Below are positions 13,022 to 25,145 of a DNA stretch of 64,000 nucleotides, piece after piece. Within the stretch, counting starts at the first letter, position 1. Each line of letters starts with the position of its first letter. Origin of the DNA: Eledone cirrhosa (Eukaryota); contig OZ024740.1 in NCBI GenBank assembly GCA_964016885.1, forward strand, positions 83,204,001 to 83,268,000, in the 5' to 3' direction. The notes beneath the pieces were generated by a model, which saw only the letters and a program-made list of their open reading frames with translations, was not told where the DNA came from and did no database searches. A program made the translations under genes and the position numbers.

Positions 13022-14790
13022 TAGAAGTGGTATTTAAGTTGTTGGATGTCCGCTTACAGACATACTATAAAACTATCTTACTCTACTACTATGAACATAT
13101 CACAAAATATAAATAGAATCAATAATAAAAATTTAAACCCTAACCAAAATAACCAAAATAGCAGTAATATCTCTAGCAATATCCAACATAATAGTACCGT
13201 TCTGAATAACAACAACTCCGCAAAATGTAATTGTAGAATTAAATTAAACTGTCCTTTACAAAATAAGTGTTTAGATAAGGACGTGGTCTATAAATGTGCA
13301 GTCAAAACCAGTGATAATATATTTAACTACGTAGGTGCAACTTCTACAGAATTTAAAATCGTTGGAATAATCACAAATGCTGTTTCAAAAGATTTGATAA
13401 AAAATCTTCAACCCCGCTTTCAAACCTGATATGGAACTTAAAATGCAAAAATATGGACTATTCATTAACTTGGGAAATAATTCGAGAGCACCCGCGTACC
13501 GAAACACAGCTATATTTAGATTCTGCAAATTGTGTGAACGAATTTATTTAATTCTTGTAGACATCGCCTTAATTCAACATTTAGAGATATATATAAATTA
13601 TAATTACATTTATAATATTTCTACTTATTTCCATAACAATCTTATCAACTTGGTTTTAATATATTGATTTCTCTAAATCATATCTATAACATTTGCTATA
13701 ATTTCACTTCTTAAATTTTCTTAAAATATATACATATATAATACTAATTTTTTTTTTTTAATTTAATTTTAATTTTAATTTTAATTTTAATTTTAATTTT
13801 AATTTTTATTTTAATTTTAATCTTAATAATTTTTAATGTTTTTTTATTTTTATTTATTACATTTTTATTCCTTTTTAAAAATTATTTATATTTAAAAATT
13901 ACTTATCTCTTATAAATTATCTTTTAAAAAGGTTTTCTCAAATGTTTAATATTTTTCAATATCTCTTATTAGATTTATAACCACTAACTTATTCTGGCTA
14001 AATATATCTTTCAACATTTATACTTATTTTGACAAAATAGTCTCATACTAACGAATAATAAACAAAACTGGAGTTTTTCCGTATCCTCCCATTTTAAAAT
14101 ATATAAATATAAATATTCTTATTAACTCAGTTAATTTAATTTAATTTAACTTAATATTTACTTACATTAAATACAAAACCAATATCCCTCATAACTCATT
14201 AAAACAACTATCTATGACACGATATGCCCATCTATTCATTTACTTATCTATTTATGTATTTACTTATTTATTTATTTTATTATTTATTTATATATTTATT
14301 TATTTATCTGTATACTTGTAACAGAAAATATTATATTAGAAACAAATTATAAACAACGAATAATCGTTAATACACATAATATTAGATTTATACTTAGAAT
14401 ATATTTACCCCAAATTAACGTTATATTCATCTTATCTTGTATATTTCTTCTCTCTATCTCTCTCGTATTATTTTCTATCTTTATCCCCTTATATGTTTTC
14501 TTTTTCTTTCTCTCTCTCTTGCTCCAGTGTCATTTAAATAAACGGTTGTTTTTCAATTCTTTACATATTCATTTGCATATTCACACATAAGTTTGAATAA
14601 TCCCTAATATATTTCCACTATCCAGTGAATTTGCAACCGATAAGGTATGATTTTCATGGATATGTCTCTATTTATAAAACAAATTTGTATTTTATCTGAT
14701 GAAAGCGAACCAATGTTGTCTTGGTTACCCTTGAAATATATATAAAATAAATATGGTTTTATAAATGTAGTTTCCATTTATTTAATATCA
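13020..14790 (+). mobile_element. Hydra-like PLE 3' fragment (linker, GIY-YIG, AT-rich UTR, pLTR) between (TA)n tracts
   Basis: IKLSYSTT..., CNCRIKLNCPLQNKCLDKDVVYKC...YVGAT; hammerhead-like motif near 14700. Confidence 0.85.
14688..14750 (+). ncRNA. Hammerhead ribozyme-like motif
   Basis: tatttta-t-CTGATGA-aag..aaccaa/ttggtt..ctt-GAAA-tata-TA-taaaata, overlapping AATAAA. Confidence 0.6.
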
Positions 14791-14841
14791 TTGTCTCTAT
14801 ATATATATATATATATTGATATACATACATATATATATACA

Positions 14842-14936
<95 letters not shown>

Positions 14937-14947
14937 ATATACATACA

Positions 14948-14984
<37 letters not shown>

Positions 14985-15106
14985 ATATACATACAAACAT
15001 ATATAAATATACATATATGTATATATGTCTATATATATATATAGAGAGAGAGAGAGAGTGAGAGATACATATATGTATATTTATATATATGTATGTATGT
15101 ATATCA

Positions 15107-15146
<40 letters not shown>

Positions 15147-15242
15147 ATGTATATATATATACAATGATATATATACAATATATATATAATGATATATATA
15201 CAATGATATTAAATATATGGAAACTATATATATATATATATA

Positions 15243-16172
15243 TGTTGTTATACTTTGGAAGGGTCATGTTGCCAATAAGAAACACACGCACCAGAGATTC
15301 ACTTCAATATATTATAATAAATTTATAAACTTAGGAATTTATAAATTTCCGTTTGATTGGTTGGTTCCACAACCAGATGCTTGTTTATATATTGTGTTGT
15401 CAAAGTTCTTTCGTCACACATCCTGTGACCTCTTCATAGACTGGGGATTATTTTCTTTGTTTTTGTGACTCTCCTTTGCACTGTCCTACGCCATCTTTTT
15501 TCTGTGTGTGTGTTGTGTGCTCAGTCTGCGCATCCGCCACATTCGGTTGTCTGTGTGTGTTTATATTTGTTTATTTATTTGTTTATGTACATGTTACAGG
15601 TTGGTTGTTTGTTCTATGTGCGTGTGTGTTTTCATGTTGTCCTTAATTGTAAGTTGTCATGTTGCTGTTCCACTCGTTTTCTATTTAATTTTGGTTGTAA
15701 TTCTTTTATGTTTATTGCCTCTGTTTTTTGTCTAAACATTGCATCTTTTCTGTGTGTAGATTCTATTTTTATTTCTATGTTCTCTAATTTACCCTTATGT
15801 TCTATTTTAGCATGTTGGTAGAGTACAGATGATTTTTTACTATCTTGAAGGTCTGGCCAGTGTTCATTTATCCGTTCCCCTATACTACGAGCTGTCTCAC
15901 CTGTGTACACTATATTTGTGTCTCTACATTGTCCTTCAGTACATCTTATGCTATATACTACATTTCTAGTTTTACAGTTAATATGGGGGCTTAATTTACA
16001 GGTTATACATTTCTCATCTATACAGGGGGTCTTTGAAAAGGGTATGTCTTGCTAATAAGTGTTTTTATGGAGGTACCTGGTCTTTCTACTATCTTAATAT
16101 TGAGTTTATGTTTATCTAGGGCCCTTCTAAATTTGTAAGCTAATTTACCTGTAGGGGTTGTATCGATGAACA
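15243..16172 (-). mobile_element. PLE 3' fragment (second family): linker, GIY-YIG, UTR, pLTR; ends in (TA)n
   Basis: FIDTTPTG...IKIVERPGTSIK, CITC, NVVYSIRC...YTGETARSIGERINEH, R..TEAINI...LN. Confidence 0.85.
15399..15442 (-). ncRNA. Degenerate hammerhead ribozyme
   Basis: Minus strand gtc-t-aTGAAGA-g-GTCACA ggatg TGTGAC-GAAA-gaac-TT-tgac; the same 3' half recurs at 28322-28350. Confidence 0.55.
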
Positions 16173-16950
16173 TTACACTCTGGTGGTGGAAGGTGAAGTA
16201 CGTGTTGTCTACTGTGAAGGGCAAAAGCTGCTGTATGACCGTCGGGTGGAGGCCGTAGCAGTGGATGTCCGGAACAAATGCACCGACGCTAGAGACCGAG
16301 ACACACACACCACACATTTCCTGGAAGTACTCAAACTGAACGGATACACGACATCCACCACAAACCGTGCCAGAAAGAACAGAGGACACCACACCTGAGG
16401 CACTAACACTTGCTTCTTGAAGCTCCCACACTTCAGTGAAGAAACAACAGCAGCCATCCGCAGAGCTATCAGACGAGACGGACTAGATATCCAACTGGCC
16501 CACTCAGGTCCTTCTCTACGCGGACCGCTAACCAAAAGACACTCCACCAGACATGACAACTGCTGCAGACTAACCAACTGCCCCATCAACGACACAGACC
16601 TATGTCACCAGGCTTACGTCATATACAGACTAGAGTGTGACAAATGCAACAACTTCTACGTAGGTAGCACCACCAGACCAATCCACATAAGAATAAAAGA
16701 ACACCACAATACTAAAGCTTCCTCATTTAAGAAACACCTAGTTAAATGCAAAAACACCGCCAAAACCATAACAGTTAGGATAAAAACTAAGGAAAGAAAT
16801 CTCGGCAATCTTAGAATTAAGGAAGCACTAATTATAGACAAAACACTACCACCAATCAATAATAGACTAGAACTCAACACCCAATTTATAACTTGATAGA
16901 GCTTCTAGCCCCATATTTACACATACCCCCCACACACACACGCACACACG

Positions 16951-16988
<38 letters not shown>

Positions 16989-17325
16989 TACACCTCCACT
17001 TATTCTCTCTCACACATACACACACAAAACCAATTCTAACTCGAGATAACATCTATCCCCCACGTATAGACATATCTTCTCACACTCACACACACACACT
17101 CACATACTTACACCTTCATGCATTCTCCCACACACTTAAACAGGCATGTACAAAAAAAACAAAAAAAAACCTTTTAAAGGGAGACTACTCTTTATCCACC
17201 TAATCTTAACTCTTTGACATTAGAGATAGAACAGATACTCTATACCATTTCCTGTCAGCATGACTTGGCAAGCTATTTAGAACACTGCATTGTTTTAGAT
17301 TTATTATACATATACACACGTTTAT
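16173..17325 (+). mobile_element. PLE 3' fragment (Nematis-like): RT thumb end, GIY-YIG, UTR
   Basis: L.LNGY, LKLPHFSE..AAIRR, C..TNCPI...C, VIYRLECDKCNNFYVGSTTRPIHIRIKEH, KEALII...P.IN (ORF 16417..16896). Confidence 0.85.
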
Positions 17326-17384
17326 ATATATATAGATATATAGATATATATTGATATACATATATATATAGTTATATATAGTTG

Positions 17385-17600
17385 TTATAGGGCTACAGGT
17401 GAAGACGTCCGTAAGGGCTCGATTCTCGCATAGAACAGAGTATAGTATTATAAAGAACGAAGAATCAGTGTTCCATCAAATCACAATGTATTAACATATT
17501 ACATATGCGCCTCCGTCGAGCAGCTCGAGGCAAGATCTGTTATAGATCGAACCCGACTCTGCATTCGAAGGGTCTTCAGATATATTGTGTGTGTTTAAAC
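17385..17600 (-). mobile_element. pLTR-like repeat, diverged relative of 29140-29340
   Basis: Shares cagctcgagg..gatc..ttat.gatcgaacc.gactctg, agaatcagt and catag.acagagtat; begins with minus-strand CTGAAGA. Confidence 0.6.
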
Positions 17601-18765
17601 ATCTCAGCTGTTTTTTATCTGTATTAACATCCTTTTGTTTCAGCCTTTTCATTAGTTACGTAATTCTATCAACACCATATTTCTGTTAACTTTCCTTCAT
17701 CCATTGGCTGGTCCAAAGAATGTATACATTCATGCGTCAACTGTCAGCACCCAAATTTGTTCACCATTAAAAGAGAGAATGAGAGGTTGCGAAGGAGAGA
17801 AAGCTGGGGAAAGAGCCTTAAATGAGAATGTGTGTCTTATATTCAGTCTTTGATATTGGCAGGTACATTAATTTTTTAACGACAGCCACAGTTGACTGAT
17901 GATATGACAAGTCAGTCAAACACATTGGTGGCCTCCCGACAGCCCCAGCGGACAGAATGGAGGTGAAAAATAAAGTAAAATAAAATAAAATATAGGCAAT
18001 GATATAATTTCACATCATATATATGTGTGTCCTTCCCCTCGCTCGGGTCTGTACTCTCGAACGGAACGAATAATCAAAAATCAGAATCAGAAAGATAAAA
18101 GGGGTATCTTGTAAAATACTCTGCTGTTATATCAATTAACGAATGAAACGTTGCTAAAGGAGCACAGGCACACAAACCAACTAGTTTCAACTAGTGACAT
18201 GCTTCAAACAATATACCATAATATTCATATTACTACATACTCTCATATATTTTGTTATTGTGTGGTCCAGAATCTGCTGTGTAATTTGACAGATAGACAC
18301 GGCCTGAAATTCGTGATGTGAAAAACATGAGGGTCGCATGAACACGTCGCTCTGTATTGGTCGTTCATCCACAGGGCTCACCTTATAATTATCCTGGAAT
18401 TCTAGTGTAGAAAATGGGCAGTTCCGTTGATGCCTGGATGTCATGATGACCAGGTTGAACGCGTTATCCTTTAATCTGACCATCTCCATGGCCTCAGGCA
18501 GACATGGTCTGCACCGGCTCTCACCGGTGGAGTATGCATCTGCACGCAGAATAACACTCAAGTTGAGGTTGTATGCTGGGCCACCATCTATCAGGCCATA
18601 TATATATATATATATAAGAAGATCCCGAAATACGGTGAAAGCTGCGATTGATTGCTTAAGCTTTAATCTGTACTAGTAATAAACATTTGCTCCCTGATTT
18701 ATATATACTTTATATGCAATCCTCATCGAGCCTCTTCGGATTTTCGTCGACACATTTATTAATAA

Positions 18766-18946
18766 TTGTTTCTACTTTAGGCACAAGGCCAGCAATAACC
18801 CAGTGCATTACTGGTACTTTATTTTATCGACCCCGTAAGGATGAAAGGCAAAGTCAACCTCGGCGGGATTTGAACTCAGATCGTAAAGGGACGTAACTAT
18901 ACTGGAAAGCATGGCGTTCGACCCTCTACCGATACTGCCAATCCTC
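18766..18946 (-). mobile_element. tRNA-derived SINE, full length
   Basis: Reverse complement of 19055-19240; 16-bp TSD cacatttattaataat. Confidence 0.92.
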
Positions 18947-19054
18947 CACATTTATTAATAATATTATATATATATATTTATATATAAGGAAAAAAGATAA
19001 AATCGAAAATGCAACTGGAGTCTTATTTAAAAATATATATATATATTATTATTC

Positions 19055-19241
19055 GGTGGATTGGCAGTATCGGTAGAGGGTCGGACGCCATGCTTTCCAG
19101 CATAGTTACGTCCCTTTACGATCTGAGTTCAAATCCCGCCGAGGTTGACTTTGCCTTTCATCCTTACGGGGTCGATAAAATAAAGTACCAGTAATGCACT
19201 GGATAATTGCTGGCCTTGTGCCTAAAGTAGAAACAATTATT
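19055..19241 (+). mobile_element. tRNA-derived SINE, full length
   Basis: A box TGGCAGTATCGG; B box GAGTTCAAATCCC; central gcctttcatccttacggggtcgataaaataaagtaccag; tail ggccttgtgcctaaagtagaaacaattatt. Confidence 0.92.
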
Positions 19242-19318
19242 TGGTTCCTTTACCGGTTTCGCAGTTCTTCTGCATTTCAAAAGTAGGGTTGAGATGGAGG
19301 GTCTGTGATTTTTCTCAC

Positions 19319-19350
<32 letters not shown>

Positions 19351-20035
19351 GGGGATAAAGATACAGAGAGAGATGGAGAGAGAGAGAGAGGGGGGAGGAT
19401 AGTTGGATATACACATATTTACGATCTGTGTGGTTGTGTGTTGCAAAAATTCAGAACTTATCTCATATGAAGGAGGGCATTTGCAAAGTATCGAAAGAAA
19501 TCACGATCATAAAAGACGTTATTTGTCGGGATTGCAAGACGACATATATTAGATTTTTTACGTGGGAAGATAGTTCTCTACTACTCCATATTGGGTATAT
19601 AATTCCGTAGACAGATTAAATAGAATAATGCTATATATGGGCTATGGCTTACTTTAGTAGTAACTCGATGATATACACTCTGGGAGGTTAATTATTTTTT
19701 GGAAGAGCTAAATCCGCAGGGAATACACAATTTTATATTAACTGAATAGTTTGGGGCCGATGTCAGATTAAGCATATATTGTATTTCAACTTGAAGATGT
19801 TATTAATAGGTATTTTCTCCGGATAACATCAGTTCAACTCGATTTTCATGAGCCGCCATTCAAATATACTACGCATGCCAACTAAGAACGTAACATTGCA
19901 CATTCTAATTTGAGGATATATCTATACATTTATATGTGGATGTTTTAGTATATATACATATATGCCCAACCGTATGGAAACATGCCCCCCCACACACACA
20001 CACATACACGCACACACACGCCCACACACACACAG

Positions 20036-20105
<70 letters not shown>

Positions 20106-20111
<6 letters not shown>

Positions 20112-20321
20112 GTTAAAAATGTACATCCACATATGTATACTGAAATACTAGTATGCATATGAATACACACACGTGTACATATGTAGATGTACCGAGTTTT
20201 TCACTGGACACTTTACTGTTCAGTGAAAAACTCGGTACATCTACATATGTACATGTGTGTGTATTCATATGCATACTAGTATTTCAGTATACATATGTGG
20301 ATGTACATTTTTAACTTAATT
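20106..20321. repeat. Near-perfect fold-back (~105-bp arms, ~6-nt loop) abutting (TA)n
   Basis: aattaagttaaaaatgtacatcc...ttttcactg is the reverse complement of cagtgaaaaa...ggatgtacatttttaacttaatt, with ~2 mismatches. Confidence 0.95.
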
Positions 20322-20387
20322 GTTTAAGCGTCAGTCATACAAAAGTGAGTTACAAACGAAACGAAATTTAATTTCGTTTCGTTATTT

Positions 20388-20441
<54 letters not shown>

Positions 20442-20559
20442 GGGGTAACAAATTATTGTTATAGGTAGTCCACTTAGGTGTAGTCCAGTTAGGGTACTCC
20501 GAGTAGTGGATGATAGCAAACCGTGTCACTCCTTCTTCTTGATTTATATATATATATAT

Positions 20560-20825
20560 ATATATATTTCGTTTCTGAATATGTTTAGCAAGATTCTTTA
20601 TCTGAAAACGGGTGTTGAAACCGATATTGTTATGCTTTGGGAGGGTCATGTTGCCAATAAGAAACACTCGTACCAGTCGCTTTCACTCCAATCTATTACA
20701 AAATAACCAACCGACCAACCGGAAATTTATAAATTCTTAAATTTATAAATTTATTTTATAATAAATTGGAGTGAAAGCAACTGGTGCGTGTGTTTCTTAT
20801 TGGCAACATGACCCACCCAAAGCAT

Positions 20826-20832
<7 letters not shown>
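20560..20832. mobile_element. Fold-back pair of pLTR ends from the 15243-16172 PLE family, between (TA)n tracts
   Basis: attgttatgctttgggagggtcatgttgccaataagaaacac (20626) pairs with gtgtttcttattggcaacatgacccacccaaagcataacaat (ends 20831). Confidence 0.8.
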
Positions 20833-20878
<46 letters not shown>

Positions 20879-21147
20879 GTGAGAGAAAGAGAGAGAAAGA
20901 GAGAGAGAGAGAGAGCATTGAATTTCTATCTCCAACTAACTCTCAGCATATATATTTAATGTCGAAATTCAATTGAATTTCAAGTATTGTGTTATTGTAG
21001 GTTCGTTTGAAATCATCTTCTGGTAAGTTTTCAGAACTTAGTCATCACAATTGTGAATGATAATGGAAATGTAAGTAAGCTACTCAACACTGCATATGGA
21101 CGTTGAATTGTGAATTGTGAGCTATGCGGTCCATTACACCACGCAGT

Positions 21148-21195
<48 letters not shown>

Positions 21196-21251
21196 CAAGC
21201 AAATTATAAACGTAAACATGTAAATATGTTTTCGAAACGGTGCGCGAGTTT

Positions 21252-21376
21252 GAAATTATAAGCTTTCACCGTATTTTAGACTAAAGAAATTTCTAGCCTG
21301 ATAGTGGGGTTTATAACTCCCGGAGAAATGGAAAAAGATGAGTGTAGTCTAAAATACGGTGAAAGCTTATAATTTC
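21252..21376. repeat. Inverted repeat (~32-bp arms) abutting (TA)n
   Basis: gaaattataagctttcaccgtattttagacta / tagtctaaaatacggtgaaagcttataatttc. Confidence 0.9.
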
Positions 21377-21674
21377 TAATATATATATATATATATATCC
21401 ATGCTTATAGGGAGACATAGAGTGAGATATATAGATAGATAGATATATAGATAGATAGATTTCTTTATTTACCATAAAGGCATAAAAAGAAGGGACAAAT
21501 ACAAAGGGGGAGTTTACATATAATCGAGTAAAAAGGGTGTAACATGAAAATAATCGAAAATAACCTCAAAAGGGAGGGGACGTGATGGGGGTTGCACACA
21601 CCCTCGAAAAAGTGTGCAATCCATTGCCCGGGGAGCACATGGAGAAGGTGCTCCCCTCTCCTTTACTTCTTTAC

Positions 21675-24600
21675 CTACATGATGGTATACAGAGAAGGCC
21701 CATTTACACGAGCCATTCTCGCCACTATCACCCACCTCTCATAAAACTGCCTGTGGCCAAGCACCTCTCTCTCCATTCTTATCCTTCTTCCGAAGTGATA
21801 TCGGAAGAAGTAGACCAGACTATGGCCAGAGAGGAAGTTGCCTGAACTCAGACCTTTCAATCGTGTCCACCAAACAACCTCTTTCAACATGGCTATTACG
21901 CACAGAAAAACCGCCTTTGCTTCCTTTGTGAAGAGGGGAGGCCGTTTGATTGTCATCACGGACTCGGCGGTCAATTTAATCGGCGCCACCCGCGACAGCA
22001 GTCGTTCGGCGTAGCCCCACAGATCAGCCACGCCCGGACATTGCACCAATGCGTGCGCAACGATTTCTTCGTGACGCACGCATCTAGGGCAAATCTTTTT
22101 TGAGGGATCCCTGCCCGGGCGCCCGTGTCTGTAGAGCCTCTCTCTAACGGGTAGAGCACCCCGGTAGCACTGCCAGGCCAGTGACTTCTGGAAGTTGTCC
22201 ATTGGTCCTGGGCCGAAAGTCCTACCGAACAGGCTGGCCAGTTCGTCTTCTTCCATGTCCAGCGACTCTCCAAGGGTGTCATCGCCCCTGCTAGCCACCA
22301 GCCCTTTATAGAATTATGAGGTGGATTCTCCACCGATGGCCTGGCCCGCTTGCCAGAGAGCCCTGAGCTCCTGAGCACACTCAGTGTGCCAGTCTCCCAG
22401 TTTTCCGGATCTTTGCTTGACCCAGGACTGTAGCTCGGTGAGCGAGACGAGTCTCGGAAAGGCTCGTTTCACGAACGGAGCCCACACCGGTTAACCAGTG
22501 AGGAATACCTGTAGGTGCCGTAGCCTTAATGCGTGCCTACGCATCATCAACCACGGCATCCCCAGCCCTCCTTTCGAAGGTTGTTGGCAGCAGATGGATC
22601 TTCTCACCATAGGAGGGCGCTTCTTCCAAAGAAATTGGAAGAGCATGCGTTCCATGGTGGTGAGTGTTTCCTTAGGGCAAGGCACGACAGTCAGGCGGTA
22701 GTAAGTGACGGGCGCTATGTAAATGTTCGCCACCTCCTCCCGGCCTTTTAGGGACAGCTTATACTTGGCCCATTTCTGGGTTAGTGCAAACACCATGTTC
22801 GTAACCTCGTTCCAGTTCTTTTCCACCTGGAGGTCCGGTCCAAACCAGACCCCAAGCAACTTTACCGGGCCCTCCGTCCAGTGTCTGACGACACCATCAG
22901 GAGGCATCGGTCTGCCTCTCCACGTTCCGAGTTGCAGCCCGATGGATTTTTCCCGGTTCAGTTTCGCTCCTGACAACCTTTCGTACTCCTCCAGTAAGGT
23001 ACCGATCGCCTCGATCTCCGAGTCGGTCGATACCATTACTGTTACGTCATCGGCGTAGGCCGACACCGCTTTGCTCAATCCTGGTTCCAGGGGGATACCC
23101 TGCAACAACTCCAACTTCCTCAGTAAAGGCTCGAGAGTCAATACGTACAGAAGGGAGGAGAGAGGGCACCCCTGTCGAATGGATCGTGTGATTTCGAACG
23201 GCTTCGAAAGGTAGCCGTTCACCTTGATCCTAGAACAGATGTGGTTGCTATGTAAGGCAGTGATCCAGCCCCTGAAAACAGGACCGAACCCAGCCGCCGC
23301 TAGCACCGCATCCAGGTAACCATGGTCGACCCTATCGAACGCCTTAGGCTGATCCAAGTTGATCAGGGCCCCACCGAAGCCGGGTTTGTTGCCAACCCTC
23401 TCTATGATGTATCGCATGAGGTGGAGGTTATCGTGAATGGACCTGGACGGGATAGCACATGTCTGCGCATCTCCCACCAGGCCACCCACGACAAGCGCCA
23501 ACCTCTTTGCTAACACCTTGGCCAAAATCTTTAACTCTGTGTTTAGCAGGGTTATGGGCCAAAAATTATTTATACTATCTCCCTTGTTCTCGTCCTTCCT
23601 CACCAGCGTGACTACGCCCTTGGCTACAGAACAAGGAATTCTCCCGTTCTGCCGCCAATTGCAGTAGACCGCTTCGAGGAGTTCGGAGAAGAAGACCGGC
23701 ATTGCTAAATAAAGTTCGTAAGGTATACCATCGAGACCTGGAGATTTGCGTCTGCTGCATTGGCTCAGCGCATCTCCGATCTCATCAGCCGAGATTGGTC
23801 CCTCGCAGGACTCTGCCTCTTCGCTCGAGAGACGCGGCAGGCCGTCGAGGTATGGACCGAAATCCACGTCCCCGCCCGGACCCTCGCCTCCCCCGAACAA
23901 TCGGGCAAAGTGCCTTTGAAAGGCCTCGCACATCTGCTTAGGCTCCCGGATCACCCGTCCATCTTCGTCTTGCAACGACCGGATGGTGGATCGATTTCCA
24001 CTCTTAGCTTCTGTCACGCGGGCCGGGCCAACGGCTTTGGCCCTCTCATTACCTAGAGCACGTATTTTACTTCGAATGACGCAGCCTTCGTGCTTTGCAT
24101 CGAAAAACTGGTTCAAGGCGGTCCTCGATGCCAGCACTCTGGCCACATCTTCGCTCTTGATTGCCTCTTCTAATTTACCTGTTAATTCTTTCTCGTTTCT
24201 ATTTCTATCGGCAGCTAACATCTTGCGATAACTTATTGATTCTGTTCTAATCTCTCTTTTGAGAGATGCCCACCATCGGTTGTTGACGATTGCACCCGTC
24301 AACCTCTCCTTAACTAGTCTGCTAATCCGGTTTCTGTAAGTCTCTTTTGCCGGTAAAGACAAATTAAGTTTCCAGTAACCGGGACCCTGTTTATGTGTTT
24401 TCTCGAGATTGACTACGCAGGTCACTAATTTGTGATCCGTGTAGGCAACCGTGCGCATTTCTGGACAGCTTAATATGTCCCTATCCTTACTTCTAACTAA
24501 GAATCTATCTAAGTACGATCTAGATTGACCACTGTGGTTTCTCCAAGTCCAGGTAGGCACAGTTGGAAAATCTAGTCGATATCTATCGACCAAGTTAAAA

Positions 24601-25112
24601 CGGTCGAGTAACCCCTTGAGGATGTTACACCCCCCTCTATTAGGACATGCTCCTGCATAGTCCCAACGTGCATCTAGGATGTCATTCCAATGCCCCGCTA
24701 GAAGCAGGGAACGCGACGTTCCCAGAAAAGTCTCCAAACGCTGGAAGATGTCGGGCCGTTCAGCTCCGAAAGGGGAGTAGACGTCAACCAGTCTCAAGGC
24801 CGCACTTTCACTACTGCCAACGTCTAGCACCAACAAACGACCCTCCGAGTCCGAGTGCACAACTTGTACGGCAAGACCCAGGTGTTTTTGCAGCAGTACG
24901 ACAATCCCACCCCCACCTCCAGGTTGACAGAGAGATGCATGCACCTCAAAGTCATCGAAGGTGGGGGCCAGCTGCCGCACGACGCTGATTCGAGTCTCAC
25001 AGATAACCATTACATTTATACTACATGACCTGAGGTCATTTAGAAGCTTTGCTTGCTTCCAAGTTGAGCCCAGGCCACGTGCATTCAAACATCCTACTCT
25101 TAACACATCCAT
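21675..25112 (-). pseudogene. ORF2 (APE endonuclease, reverse transcriptase, C-terminal CxxC..H..C) with a few disruptions near the 3' end
   Basis: LNARGL, ET, TWTW, SYLDRF, TDH; KSPGLDG, PITLLN, KAFDRVDH, QGCPLS, AYADD; CPRC...HALVQC (ORFs 22491..25112 and 21675..22298). Confidence 0.93.
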
Positions 25113-25145
25113 GTGGGCGGCAGAGCCAAAGGAGAGTGTAGAGAC

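Noticed and set aside
18260-18597. GC-richer block, possibly a Gypsy gag-protease relic on the minus strand
   Set aside because: Only faint similarity; no intact D(T/S)GA motif and no LTRs.
19055-19145. tRNA gene (A and B boxes)
   Set aside because: It is the head of a multi-copy SINE with TSDs; no complete cloverleaf.
20500-20532. Hammerhead-like agt-ggatga-tagc-aaa-ccgtg-tc-act
   Set aside because: Both core motifs are broken; not distinguishable from chance.
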